The notes: generated from the letters alone by a model not told the origin. A DNA stretch of 64,000 bases from an uncultured Dehalococcoidales bacterium (GCA_964605885.1 CAZSED010000012.1:5541-69540); one strand, 5' to 3'. Numbered from the stretch's first letter, positions 43,670 to 53,629 are shown. A program made the numbers and translations.

Positions 43670-44953
43670 TCACAGCACGTTCTTGATTACAATGCTCTCA
43701 TCGCGCCTGGGGCCGATGGAGATGACGTGGAAGCGGCAGCCGATGAGTTCCTCAAGCCGGTTGATGTAGCGTCGAGCGTTGGCCGGCAGCTTCTTAAAAT
43801 TGCGCACGTTCCTAGTGGAAGCCTTCCAGCCCGGAAGCTCTTCATAGACAGGCGTGCAGTTTTCCAGCCCGGCCGAGTCTGCCGGGAAGCGGTCGTACTG
43901 CCTGTCGCCCATCTTGTAGGCGACGCATATCTTAACGGTCTCCATCTCATCCAGCACATCCAGCCGCGTTAGAATGCCGCTGGTGAATCCGTTGAGCTCT
44001 GTGCTGTAACGTCCCACTACTGCGTCAAACCAGCCGCACCTGCGCGCCCTGCCGGTGGTGGCGCCGTATTCATGCGCCCGCTGCCTGATGTACTCGCCGG
44101 TCTCGTCCTTGAGCTCGGTGGGCATGGGGCCGCTGCCGACCCTGGTTATGTAGGCCTTGAAAATGCCCACCACGCTGGTTATCTTGCAGGGGTTGATGCC
44201 TGACCCTATGCAAGCACCCGCAGCCAGCGGTGACGAGGACGTAACGAAGGGGTAAGAGCCAAAATCGGGGTCGAGCATGGTGCCCTGTGCGCCTTCCAGC
44301 ACAACGTTGTGGTTATTGCGCACCATATCGCTGATCATGGCGGTAGTGTCCTTTATATAGGGAGCCAGGCGCCGGGCATAGCCGGCGTATTCATTGTAGA
44401 CGGCCTCCAGGTCAAGGGCAGGCATATTATGTATCTTGGTAAGGATCTCATTTTTGGAAGCCAGTATGGCGGCCAGCCGCGTCTTGAATGCCTGGGCATC
44501 CAGCATGTCGCAGGTGCGGATGCCGCGCCGTGCGGCCTTATCGGCGAATGCAGGCCCTATGCCTTTCTTGGTTGTGCCGATGGCCCCGTCGCCGCGCTGC
44601 TCCTCCTCCAGGCCATCCAGCAATATATGCCAGGGCATAATCAGATGGGCGCGGTTGCTGATATGCAGGTTGGATACATCCACACCTCTCGACTTCAGGT
44701 CGTCCAGCTCTTCCAGCAGTACCCTGGGATTAACAACGACCCCGTTGCCGATAATACAGATGGCCCGCGGGTAGAATATCCCGGAGGGCACAACGTGCAG
44801 CTTGAACTCACCCTTGGGATTAAGGACAGTATGGCCTGCGTTGTCTCCCCCGGAGAAACGTATGACCGCATCCGCCTTTTCCGCAAGCAGGTCTACGATT
44901 TTTCCTTTGCCTTCATCGCCCCACTGGGCGCCGATCACAGCTATAACTGCCAT
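43670..44953 (-). CDS. purA: Adenylosuccinate synthetase
   Basis: QWGDEGKGK, NAGHTV, EGAQG, GATTGRARRCGWFD. Confidence 0.99.
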   Translation of the reverse strand: MAVIAVIGAQWGDEGKGKIVDLLAEKADAVIRFSGGDNAGHTVLNPKGEFKLHVVPSGIFYPRAICIIGNGVVVNPRVLLEELDDLKSRGVDVSNLHISNRAHLIMPWHILLDGLEEEQRGDGAIGTTKKGIGPAFADKAARRGIRTCDMLDAQAFKTRLAAILASKNEILTKIHNMPALDLEAVYNEYAGYARRLAPYIKDTTAMISDMVRNNHNVVLEGAQGTMLDPDFGSYPFVTSSSPLAAGACIGSGINPCKITSVVGIFKAYITRVGSGPMPTELKDETGEYIRQRAHEYGATTGRARRCGWFDAVVGRYSTELNGFTSGILTRLDVLDEMETVKICVAYKMGDRQYDRFPADSAGLENCTPVYEELPGWKASTRNVRNFKKLPANARRYINRLEELIGCRFHVISIGPRRDESIVIKNVL

Positions 44954-45023
44954 ATAATTTTCCTCCCGCGGACATACCTATATCATTCTTGTAACGTCCG
45001 GGAGCTATAAAAGATTACTAAAT

Positions 45024-45245
45024 CTACCCTCGGGACATGTAGTTCTTGCCCCAGTAATAGAGGAGAGCACCGCCGCCCAAGAGGAGCACTACAAGGCCTG
45101 TTAAAATAGTGAGGAAAATGAGCAGCGGCATATTAGTATTCGCCAGGCGCAAGCCCGTTGCCGCCAGCACAATGCCGGCCGCTATCAGCAATAGCGCCAG
45201 CACCGCCAGGCTCGAAAGACTTAGTTCAAAGGTTCTATCGCTCAT
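45024..45245 (-). CDS. Small two-TM membrane protein, unknown function
   Basis: 73 aa, two hydrophobic stretches, GGGGA SD, co-oriented within the operon. Confidence 0.7.
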   Translation of the reverse strand: MSDRTFELSLSSLAVLALLLIAAGIVLAATGLRLANTNMPLLIFLTILTGLVVLLLGGGALLYYWGKNYMSRG

Positions 45246-45277
45246 TTCCCCGCCTTTGCACTTTAAACAACTCCTTC

Positions 45278-45871
45278 TTATTTTCTAGCCTGCCGCCAGA
45301 CGTGTACAAAACGCTGTCCGACGGTCACAAAAGAAAGGACTACTACTATGGCCAGAGCTATAAAGACCTGGCTCAGGAGCAGTCCGAGCGCTAATATTAT
45401 AACCCTCTCAACACGAGTAAACAAGCCTACGGTGCAACTGATATTCATGCCCTCCGCCCGGGCCCTGATATAGCTTGTCAGGAAAGAACCGATCATGGCC
45501 AGGAAGATCATCACCAGCTCGCAGGTCACGTCGTACGGCCATACGGATATGCTGGTAACGAAGATGAAGCTTAAGAATATGGCGCCTTCCGTAACGCGGT
45601 CCACCGTTGAGTCCAGAATTGCGCCGAAGCGGGTGACCTTCTCCATGTAGCGCGCCAGGGCGCCGTCCAGCAGGTCGAACAGGCCGGCCAGCAGGAATAT
45701 AATACCGCCCCAGACAAGTTGTCCAAAGCCGATGGTGACCGCAGCAGCCAGGTTCAGAACCAGGCCTATAAGTGTCATGACGTCAGGCGTGAGCTTGAGC
45801 TTGCTGATCAGCGGCACAATCGGGCCGGTGAGCATGGATCCAGCTTTTCTGCGAAATTCCTGTAAATTCAA
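45278..45871 (-). CDS. CDP-alcohol phosphatidyltransferase, phosphatidylinositol-phosphate synthase-like
   Basis: DLLDGALAR...GAILDSTVDR signature; SYIRARAEG and GLFTRVER motifs typical of PIP/AIP synthases; two genes downstream of ino1. Confidence 0.88.
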   Translation of the reverse strand: MNLQEFRRKAGSMLTGPIVPLISKLKLTPDVMTLIGLVLNLAAAVTIGFGQLVWGGIIFLLAGLFDLLDGALARYMEKVTRFGAILDSTVDRVTEGAIFLSFIFVTSISVWPYDVTCELVMIFLAMIGSFLTSYIRARAEGMNISCTVGLFTRVERVIILALGLLLSQVFIALAIVVVLSFVTVGQRFVHVWRQARK

Positions 45872-45887
45872 TTCATTATTCCTCTAA

Positions 45888-47003
45888 TCAGCGTTTGGCC
45901 AGTGACAGATAGTAGTCCATTACCTGGCGGCTGACGTTCTCCCAGCTGTATTTTTCAGCGGTTACCAGCCCGTTGTGGGCCATCTTGAGCCTTAACTGCT
46001 TGTCGTGTATCAGGGTGAGCAGGGCATTGGCTATAGAACGGCGGTCCCTGGGCGTAGCCAGCAGCCCCTCCTGACCATGGGTCATCACACTAGAGTAACC
46101 CGGTATGCTGGTGGCCACCACGGGCTTACCGCTGGCCATGGCCTCCAGAAGCACTATCCCGAAGCTTTCTCCGCTGTTTGCAGGAGAGCAGAAGATATCC
46201 GCCGTGCGATAGTAGCGGGGAAGTTCGTCAAAAGGGACGAACCTGGTAAATACGGCCTGGTCAGGTATCAGCCTCTTAGCCAGCAGCTCGTATTGATAGC
46301 GTAGTTTCAAGCCGGGGCCGGCAATGATGAGACGAAAGTCAGGGAAATCCTTCCTGACAATGGCGCAGGCGTGGATCAGGTCATCAACGCCCTTGCGCTC
46401 CTCCAGCCGGCCGACGAAGAGAATATTCAGCTTGCCGTCGTTGTAGTCATCGCACAGCGGCCCCTCCGGCTTGAAGTGCTCGGTGTCAACGCCGTTGGGG
46501 ATGATGCGGTAGTCCGCCGGCAGGTAACGACGGATGTAGTTGAGCGCTGGCTGTGAAACTGCTATCTTGCCGCTCAGCTTGGGGCCGAGAGAACGCATTA
46601 TGGGTTGTCCCAGCCAGTAGCCCAGCGATCGCTCGTGGCAGGCATGAAACGTGCCAACATTCAGCGTCTCTGATTCGATCAGGCAGCTGAGGCAGAGCAG
46701 GGGGATAAACGGTTCGTGCAGGTGAATGATGTCGAAGCTCTCCCTCTGCAGCACCCTTTTGACCTGGTATGGCAGCCAGGGTGAGAGGGGTATGCGCGCC
46801 GTAGTTCCCCCGTAGGGAATGGGCAGCGGCCTGCCCACCGCCGTTACATCCTCGTCGAAGTACTGCGTGCCTTTCCTGCGCACGGGAGCTATGATCTGCA
46901 CATCCTGTCCCAGCAACTGAAGGTAGTGAGCCAGGTATGAAACGTGGTTGATCACGCCGCCGGGATGCGAATAGTCATATGGTGAAACCAGCCCGATCTT
47001 CAT
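45888..47003 (-). CDS. GT4 glycosyltransferase, PimA-like
   Basis: MKIGLVSPYDYSHPGGV, HLHEP, ERKG, GESFGIVLLEAMA, which mirror the mycobacterial PimA motifs. Confidence 0.85.
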   Translation of the reverse strand: MKIGLVSPYDYSHPGGVINHVSYLAHYLQLLGQDVQIIAPVRRKGTQYFDEDVTAVGRPLPIPYGGTTARIPLSPWLPYQVKRVLQRESFDIIHLHEPFIPLLCLSCLIESETLNVGTFHACHERSLGYWLGQPIMRSLGPKLSGKIAVSQPALNYIRRYLPADYRIIPNGVDTEHFKPEGPLCDDYNDGKLNILFVGRLEERKGVDDLIHACAIVRKDFPDFRLIIAGPGLKLRYQYELLAKRLIPDQAVFTRFVPFDELPRYYRTADIFCSPANSGESFGIVLLEAMASGKPVVATSIPGYSSVMTHGQEGLLATPRDRRSIANALLTLIHDKQLRLKMAHNGLVTAEKYSWENVSRQVMDYYLSLAKR

Positions 47004-47059
47004 TCGTCCGCCGTTAAAAGCTCTCTTGAACTGTTAATCACTTAGTATGGCCTAGTATT

Positions 47060-48166
47060 TCAGACAGATTCGGGTAAGGTGATCGGCTGCTGCTGGTCCT
47101 TGCCGCTTATAAACTGCTCCACGCGCCTGCGGCATTCATCGTCGGAGTATTGTATAGGCGGTGATTTCATGAAGTATGAGCTGGGCCCGACTATAGCGCC
47201 GGCCAGGCCGCGGTCCTTGGCGATTTTGAGGCAGCGGACGGCGTCTATGACCACGCCGGCAGAGTTGGGGCTGTCCCACACTTCCAGTTTACATTCCAGG
47301 TTCAGCGGCACGTCGCCGAATGTCCGGCCCTCCATGCGAATATGACAGAATTTGCGGTCCAGCAGCCACGGCACATAATCGCTGGGCCCGACATGTATGT
47401 TGTCAGGATTCATCTCATAGTCAAGCTGTGAAGTGACGGCATTGGTCTTGGATATCTTTTTGGATTCCAGCCTCTCACGCTCCAGCATGTTATAGAAGTC
47501 CGTGTTGCCGCCGAAGTTGAGCTGGTAGGTCCGCTCCAGTTTAACGCCGCGGTCCCGGAACAGCCTGGTGAGAACCCTGTGCACGATGGTAGCGCCTACC
47601 TGCGATTTAATATCATCCCCCAATACGGGCAGGCCGAAGTCCTTGAAGCGGGTGTGCCAGTAAGGCTCCCTGGCTATGAACACAGGGATGCAATTGACCA
47701 GGCCGACCCCGGCATGAAGCAGTTGCTCGATATACCACTTGGTGGCGTGCTCACTGCCTACCGGCAGGTAGTTAATGGCTACATCGGCCTTAACCTCTTT
47801 GAGTATGTTGACGATGTCAGCCGTGGGGCCGGGGGCCTTCTCAATGATTTTTCCCAGGTACTTTCCCAGGCCGTCGTGTGTCATGCCGCGAACGACCTTG
47901 ACGCCGGTTGACGGGACGTCGCAGAACTTGTACGTATTATTGGGCGGTGAGAAGATGGCATCAGCCAGGTCCTTTCCGACCTTGTTCTTGTCAATGTCTA
48001 TGGCTGCTACGAAATTTATGTCTTTGATATGATAGCCGCCCAGGTTTACGTGCATCAGGCCGGGCACGAACTCATTGTCTTTGGCCGACTTATAATAGTG
48101 CACTCCCTGCACGAAAGAGGATGCACAATTTCCGACTCCAATGATTGCCACATTGATTTTTCCCAT
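47060..48166 (-). CDS. ino1: myo-inositol-1-phosphate synthase
   Basis: [50 protein letters not shown]. Confidence 0.97.
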   Translation of the reverse strand: MGKINVAIIGVGNCASSFVQGVHYYKSAKDNEFVPGLMHVNLGGYHIKDINFVAAIDIDKNKVGKDLADAIFSPPNNTYKFCDVPSTGVKVVRGMTHDGLGKYLGKIIEKAPGPTADIVNILKEVKADVAINYLPVGSEHATKWYIEQLLHAGVGLVNCIPVFIAREPYWHTRFKDFGLPVLGDDIKSQVGATIVHRVLTRLFRDRGVKLERTYQLNFGGNTDFYNMLERERLESKKISKTNAVTSQLDYEMNPDNIHVGPSDYVPWLLDRKFCHIRMEGRTFGDVPLNLECKLEVWDSPNSAGVVIDAVRCLKIAKDRGLAGAIVGPSSYFMKSPPIQYSDDECRRRVEQFISGKDQQQPITLPESV

Positions 48167-48198
48167 TTTGGTTTACTCCTTTCTGACGAATGACGCTA

Positions 48199-49191
48199 TC
48201 AGGACGCTATATTATGGCTGTCACCCAACATCTGGTCAATGATCTTGCGCGGCCGAACCAGCCACATGGGAATTTTTGATTCATGTAATATTTTATCGGC
48301 TACGCTGCCCAGCACCCAGCGGGCTATGCCGCTTCTTCCATGGGTGGACATGGCTATAAGGTCTGCCTTCTCGTGTTTGGCTACATCGACGATCGTTGCT
48401 GCCGGGTCACCGGACAGTATCTGCGCCGAGACCTTTATGCCCTTTTCCGTAAGCCTTTTATGCACCTTCTCCAGGTATTTTTGGCCTGCTTCATGCATGG
48501 CCTTGACGAATTGAACAAACTCCGGGCCGAGGATGCGCGCCTCCACGGCATGGGGCTCAGGTATCACGTGCAGTAATATAATCGACGCCCCGGTCTTCAT
48601 GGCCACCGCCTCGGCATCGCGCAGCGCGGCCTCGCCCGTGTCCGATCCATCCAGCGGCGTCAAAATGCGTTTAAACGTGACTACCTTGTCGCCGTCTATC
48701 TCTTTGGCATGTTTACTGTGTATTCCCAGTATGGGGATGATGGACTGTGAGACCACTTTTTCGAATACGCTGCCCAGCCACCACCGCCGCAGGCCGCTGT
48801 GCCCGTGAGTTGCCATAATAACCAGGCTGACGTGATGTTTTTTAGAATAGGAAAGTATGTTATCAGCCGGCCCCCCGTAAACAAGCTTGCCCCTGGCCTT
48901 TATTTCGCTGGCGGGGGCAACTATCTCGGCATAGTCCAGGTGCTGCTCCTTTTCATCGCTGTACAGCACAACAGCCCTGCAGGTTATGTCATGTTTCCGC
49001 AGATGCTCAACCGCGTGGTGCACGTAGTCGTCAAGCAGCTGATTTACGCGGCGCCGCTCGCTTCCCAGGCCCACACTCAGGATGTCCACTTCCGAGCTGA
49101 AGCGGGAGGCGATATCCCTGACATATGGTAAAACAGTCTCTGCTTCGCGGGAACCATCCAGCGGAACGAGTATTTTTTTGAACATTGGCAC
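48199..49191 (-). CDS. Tandem-domain universal stress protein
   Basis: Two copies of KILxPLDGS ... MxTHGxSGxxRWxLGSV; start is GTG 49191 or ATG 49185. Confidence 0.93.
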   Translation of the reverse strand: MPMFKKILVPLDGSREAETVLPYVRDIASRFSSEVDILSVGLGSERRRVNQLLDDYVHHAVEHLRKHDITCRAVVLYSDEKEQHLDYAEIVAPASEIKARGKLVYGGPADNILSYSKKHHVSLVIMATHGHSGLRRWWLGSVFEKVVSQSIIPILGIHSKHAKEIDGDKVVTFKRILTPLDGSDTGEAALRDAEAVAMKTGASIILLHVIPEPHAVEARILGPEFVQFVKAMHEAGQKYLEKVHKRLTEKGIKVSAQILSGDPAATIVDVAKHEKADLIAMSTHGRSGIARWVLGSVADKILHESKIPMWLVRPRKIIDQMLGDSHNIAS

Positions 49192-49205
49192 TCAAAATCC
49201 GCTCT

Positions 49206-49260
49206 ATTATAACAGATATTTATGTCATTCTTGAATTAATCGAGTTTTTTATGCTAATTT
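49206..49260. promoter_or_regulatory. Divergent promoters for USP-ino1 operon (minus) and PHP gene (plus)
   Basis: Minus: TGtTATAAT (49206-49214). Plus: TTGAAT(49231-49236)-18 nt-TAATTT(49255-49260) with TG extension, 6 nt before ATG 49267. Confidence 0.55.
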
Positions 49261-49266
49261 ATAGCG

Positions 49267-49938
49267 ATGCTCTATGACTTTCATTCCCACACGTTCCACA
49301 GTGACGGAGTCTTATCTCCCATAGAATTAATCAGGCGTGCCTCGGTCAAGGGCTACTCCGCCATCGGCATAACCGACCATATTGGCGTGGGCTCACTGGC
49401 CAGGGTGATCAAGGAAGTCAGTGAGGACTGCGAGGTGGCACGCTCACACTGGAATATCCTGGCTGTGCCCGGCGTCGAGTTGACGCACCTGCCCCCGCAG
49501 GCCATCGATGAGATAGCCTCCAGGGCCAAGGCCCTGGGCGCGCGTATCGTGATTGTACACGGTGAAACGCCTGTTGAGCCGGTGGAGGAGGGCACCAACC
49601 TGGCTGCAGTTAAATCGAGACACGTGGATATCCTGGCCCATCCAGGACACTTGACTGCGAAGGAAGCAGAACTGGCAGCTAAAAACGGGGTGTTCATTGA
49701 GATTACTTCCAGGCGCGGGCATTGTGCCGGGAATATTGAGGTGGCCAAAGCTGCGACCAAGGCCGGTGCGCTGATGCTGCTTGACTCAGACGCACATGAT
49801 GAAGACGACATTCTTACGGAAAAGAAGGCCAGAGAGGTGCTTGGTCAGGCAGGTATCAGCAGCAGGAAATTCAAACAGATACTAGAAGATAATCCTCTGA
49901 AGTTGCTTCAGAAGCTCAGGCGATATGCTCAATTATAA
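49267..49938 (+). CDS. PHP-domain phosphoesterase (histidinol-phosphatase-like family)
   Basis: DFHSHTFHSDG, ITDH, GVELTH, ILAHPG, DSDAH metal ligands. Confidence 0.9.
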   Translation: MLYDFHSHTFHSDGVLSPIELIRRASVKGYSAIGITDHIGVGSLARVIKEVSEDCEVARSHWNILAVPGVELTHLPPQAIDEIASRAKALGARIVIVHGETPVEPVEEGTNLAAVKSRHVDILAHPGHLTAKEAELAAKNGVFIEITSRRGHCAGNIEVAKAATKAGALMLLDSDAHDEDDILTEKKAREVLGQAGISSRKFKQILEDNPLKLLQKLRRYAQL

Positions 49939-49956
49939 ATTTGCTGTACGCGGTGC

Positions 49957-50100
49957 TTAGCTCTTGCCGATCCTGTAGACCTTGGTTCCGCAAAGCGGGC
50001 AGACACCCTTCATTGCTGGTCTGCCATTCTTCAAGGTTACCTTCACCGGATTCTTGATCTCAACCTTCTTTCTGTCTTTGAAGCAGTAGGCCTGTGTCAT
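49957..50100 (-). CDS. 47-aa basic DUF5679-like zinc-ribbon protein
   Basis: Not in the ORF track. AGGAGGTG SD; MTQAYCFKDRKKVEIKNPVKVTLKNGRPAMKGVCPLCGTKVYRIGKS*; YC...KNGRPA.KG.CP.CGTK..RIG pattern. Confidence 0.85.
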   Translation of the reverse strand: MTQAYCFKDRKKVEIKNPVKVTLKNGRPAMKGVCPLCGTKVYRIGKS

Positions 50101-50138
50101 CGAGCACCTCCTGAAGCTATTTTGTAGCTCTTAAAGGT

Positions 50139-50167
50139 AATATAGCTAATACAAATAGCTATGTCAA
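50139..50167 (-). promoter_or_regulatory. Near-consensus sigma70 promoter of the DUF5679-like gene
   Basis: TTGACA-17 nt-TATATT on the minus strand. Confidence 0.75.
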
Positions 50168-50203
50168 GCTTTGCAGGCACAAAAATAAGCCAATTTGTGC
50201 GCT

Positions 50204-51100
50204 TCAGTTCAGGTTGAATACCTTTTCAGGATGCCACAGGCCGGTTTCCGGTACGTATTTCATGACTGCCAGGAAGCTGCCGGAGGGATCATAGGCGCGG
50301 CAGCGCCCGGCCGTTTCGAGCCCGGCAACATCCAATCTTGTGTCTCGCCCGCTCGAAACCGCTGCGGCCTCTTCCGGGCCAAGCACTTGCTTGCCCCAGC
50401 CGGCCAGAGGGTAATCGAGCGGCAGAAGCAAGCCGCCCAGGCTACCATCGGTTAAGTACTCTTGAATTCTGTCCGGTGTTGCAGCGTCGCCGATTTTGAA
50501 TGGTCCGACGGCAGTCCGTACAAGTTCTTTTAAGTAGGCTCCGCAGCCCAGCGCGTTACCCAGGTCGTTGGCCAGCGAACGCACGTAGGTCCCCTTGGAG
50601 CATTGCAGCAGGACTTTTAAATACGGGCTGTTAAACTCGATGATGTCAATGCGTTCAATTGTGACCTTGCGTGCCGCAAGACGAGGCGGAAGGCCTGCCC
50701 TGGCCAGTTTATAGGAGGGCTTTCCTCCGACCTTTACAGCGCTGTGGACCGGAGGTATTTGCTCAATTACACCCTGGAAAGACAGCAGGGCTTGCTGCAA
50801 ATCGGATAACCTGATCGATAACGCGTCCTTGCAGGCAAGCAAACGGCCCTCGCCGTCATAAGTATCCGTGCTGATGCCCAGCTCAATGGTGGCAATATAT
50901 TCCTTGGAGAAGTCCAGGATGTATTCTGCAATCCTTGTTGCCTGTCCCAGGCAGACAAGCAACACACCGGTGGCCATTGGATCCAGCGTGCCGGCGTGGC
51001 CGGCGGTTTTTTCACCGGTTATCCTGCGTAGCCTGGCAACCACGCTGAAGGAGGTACAGGATGCAGGTTTATTTACGTTTAGTATGCCGTTTAATCGCAT
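50204..51100 (-). CDS. truB: tRNA pseudouridine(55) synthase
   Basis: GHAGTLDPMATGVL, TDTYDGEG, CSKGTYVRSLA. Confidence 0.98.
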   Translation of the reverse strand: MRLNGILNVNKPASCTSFSVVARLRRITGEKTAGHAGTLDPMATGVLLVCLGQATRIAEYILDFSKEYIATIELGISTDTYDGEGRLLACKDALSIRLSDLQQALLSFQGVIEQIPPVHSAVKVGGKPSYKLARAGLPPRLAARKVTIERIDIIEFNSPYLKVLLQCSKGTYVRSLANDLGNALGCGAYLKELVRTAVGPFKIGDAATPDRIQEYLTDGSLGGLLLPLDYPLAGWGKQVLGPEEAAAVSSGRDTRLDVAGLETAGRCRAYDPSGSFLAVMKYVPETGLWHPEKVFNLN

Positions 51101-51458
51101 CGGCTTCCATTTTATCTGCAGCAGCCACCCTTTCTATCGTGCTGACGAGCTCCACGCCGCGCTGGATGGAATCATCGAATTCAAAGGTGAGTTCCGGAGT
51201 AACCCGGATATTCAGGCGGTGGGCCAGCTCCCTGCGAAAGAATCCGGAGGCTGACGTAAAGCCCTTAATAATATCTCCCCGGTTTGCGGCGTCACCCAGT
51301 GCGCTTATAGAGATCCTGGCGTTCTTGAGATCCTTGGATAAAGAAACGCCGGTGATGCTGATCAAGCCTTTGAGGCGTGGATCGTTTATATGCCTGCACA
51401 GAAGGTCGCTTATCTCAATCTGGATTTGCTGGCTGAGGCGTTCCGTTCGCCGCGTCAT
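51069..51458 (-). CDS. rbfA: Ribosome-binding factor A
   Basis: DPRL...SKDLKNA...RVTPELTFEFDDS; follows infB. Confidence 0.96.
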   Translation of the reverse strand: MTRRTERLSQQIQIEISDLLCRHINDPRLKGLISITGVSLSKDLKNARISISALGDAANRGDIIKGFTSASGFFRRELAHRLNIRVTPELTFEFDDSIQRGVELVSTIERVAAADKMEADAIKRHTKRK

Positions 51459-51518
51459 AACATTCTCCCTGTGAAAATTTGAGAGGTGATGGTGGCCCGG
51501 TTACCAGGTGTGCGAGAG

Positions 51519-53306
51519 CTAGTCTACCCTTTCCTTGCGGACAAATTGCAGGATGTCGCCTACCTGGAAATCGTTAGAGCTGCCAAGCTTGACGCCGCAC
51601 TCCATCCCGCTGGTCACCTCCTTTACGTCATCTTTAAAGCGGCGCAGCCCGGCAATGCTTGATTCGGCTATAACTTTTCCTCCGCGAATGATGCGGACAA
51701 CCGAGTCACGAGTTGCCTTCCCGTCCTTGATCTGTACTCCGGCTATTATGCCTTTCTTGCCAGCCTCAAAAATAGCCCTTACCTCGCCCTGACCGGAGAC
51801 GACCTCGGCGTATTCAGGCTCGAGCAGGCCTTGCAGGGCTTTTTCGACATCCTCGATCAGTTTATAAATCACACTGTACTGGCGGATACTGATATTTTCC
51901 TGCTCGGCCAGTCGGCTGGCGCCCGGCTCAGGCCTGCTGTTGAAGCCTACGATGACCGCCTTGGAAGCCATTGCCAGCAGGATGTCGCTCTCTGTGATGC
52001 TGCCGGTGCCGGTGTGGATGACCTTGACGCGGGTCTTATCGTTACTGAGGTGCTCCAACGAATCTTTAATTGGCTCTATGCTCCCGTGAACATCCGTCTT
52101 AAGGATGATGTTAAGGTCTTTTATCTCACCGGCGCTGGCCTGTGCCGCCACTGCCGTCAGGCTCAGGGCGCGTGCCGCGCCGTGGCCCAGGCCGCTCTCC
52201 CTGTTTTTCTCGATAAGGGCCTTGGCTTCTTTATCATCAGTCACCACCTGGAACTGCTCGCCGGCGGCAGGCACGGCATTCATACCTAAAATCTCAACCG
52301 GTGTGGCGGGCTCAGCCTTCCTGATATTTTTGCCGGCGTCATTGAACATGGCTTTGACCTTGCCGGATACTGTGCCGGTGACCAGTGTATCACTGATCTT
52401 GAGGATTCCTTTTTGTACGAGCAGTGTGGCTATGGGGCCACGATTCTTATCCAGCTTAGCCTCGATGACAACGCCCTCCGCAGGCACATCCCATTCGGCT
52501 TTCAGCTCCAGCATATCTGCAACCAACAGCAGGTTCTCCAGCAGGTCGTCTATGCCCTGCTTTTTCTTGGCAGAGACAGGCACGCAGATAACGTCCCCGC
52601 CCCATTCTTCTATAAGAACACCGAGGTCTGCCAGCTGCTGCTTGATCCTGTCGGGATTGGCGTTGGCTTTATCGATTTTATTCAGTGCTACCACTATGCT
52701 TACGCCGGCGGCCCGGGCGTGGTCGATAGCTTCAACAGTCTGCGGCATAACCCCGTCATCGGCCGCGACCACCAGCACGGCTATGTCCGTGGCGCGGGCG
52801 CCGCGCGCCCGCATGGCGGTGAACGCCTCATGACCGGGGGTGTCCAGGAAGGTGATTTTACGTCCGTCCATTTCAATCTGATAAGCGCCAATGTGCTGGG
52901 TAATGGCGCCGGCCTCCCCGGCGGCCACATTGGTCTGCCTGATAGCATCCAGCAGGCTGGTCTTGCCGTGGTCGACGTGGCCCATGATAGTAATGACGGG
53001 AGGGCGGGGGTGCAGTTTAACCCCCTTTTCTACAACGGCCTGCCTGGCCTGAACAGGGGCGTGTATCCTTTTGGCCGTGAACCCGAAGTCCGTCACAAGC
53101 TTGGAGGCGGCTTCGTAATCCAGTGACTGGTTGATGTTGGCCATGATGCCGTTGCGCATCAGCTGCTTGATGATCTCAATGCCGCTCACGCCCAGCTGGT
53201 CTGCAAGCTGTTTAACGGTTATTACCGGGGGCAGGCCTATTTGTGAGGATGGAGCTTTGTCCCCGCTTTCAACCGCTTTTTCATCCTGTTCTGGCTTATT
53301 TTTCAT
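51519..53306 (-). CDS. infB: Translation initiation factor IF-2 (short form)
   Basis: [40 protein letters not shown]. Confidence 0.99.
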   Translation of the reverse strand: MKNKPEQDEKAVESGDKAPSSQIGLPPVITVKQLADQLGVSGIEIIKQLMRNGIMANINQSLDYEAASKLVTDFGFTAKRIHAPVQARQAVVEKGVKLHPRPPVITIMGHVDHGKTSLLDAIRQTNVAAGEAGAITQHIGAYQIEMDGRKITFLDTPGHEAFTAMRARGARATDIAVLVVAADDGVMPQTVEAIDHARAAGVSIVVALNKIDKANANPDRIKQQLADLGVLIEEWGGDVICVPVSAKKKQGIDDLLENLLLVADMLELKAEWDVPAEGVVIEAKLDKNRGPIATLLVQKGILKISDTLVTGTVSGKVKAMFNDAGKNIRKAEPATPVEILGMNAVPAAGEQFQVVTDDKEAKALIEKNRESGLGHGAARALSLTAVAAQASAGEIKDLNIILKTDVHGSIEPIKDSLEHLSNDKTRVKVIHTGTGSITESDILLAMASKAVIVGFNSRPEPGASRLAEQENISIRQYSVIYKLIEDVEKALQGLLEPEYAEVVSGQGEVRAIFEAGKKGIIAGVQIKDGKATRDSVVRIIRGGKVIAESSIAGLRRFKDDVKEVTSGMECGVKLGSSNDFQVGDILQFVRKERVD

Positions 53307-53629
53307 GATTCCATTTCCTTGCCTGACAGATTCTGGAAGTATTGCTGCAGAAGCTGACGATTCTCCGGTGAAAGACTGGTGCGCAAGGCATACTCAATGC
53401 GGTTGCTTTTCAGGCCAGTTTCCCAGCACTTTTCAATATGGCAGAGATATACACCCCTGCCGGGCTTTTTTCCTTTCAGGTCCACTTCAACCATATTTGC
53501 GGAGCAGACCAGGCGGACCAGCTCCCTCTTGCTTTTTACCTGTCGACAGGCGACGCAGGAGCGCTGAGGCACATGCTTACGTTTTGGCGCCCTGGCTTCG
53601 ATACTAGCTTTCGAAGTCTTCGTCCTCAT
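53303..53629 (-). CDS. ylxR: YlxR/DUF448 (RnpM) family RNA-binding protein
   Basis: PQRSCVACR...KRELVRLV...GRGVYLC. Start moved to ATG 53629, overlapping the nusA 3' end. Confidence 0.9.
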   Translation of the reverse strand: MRTKTSKASIEARAPKRKHVPQRSCVACRQVKSKRELVRLVCSANMVEVDLKGKKPGRGVYLCHIEKCWETGLKSNRIEYALRTSLSPENRQLLQQYFQNLSGKEMES

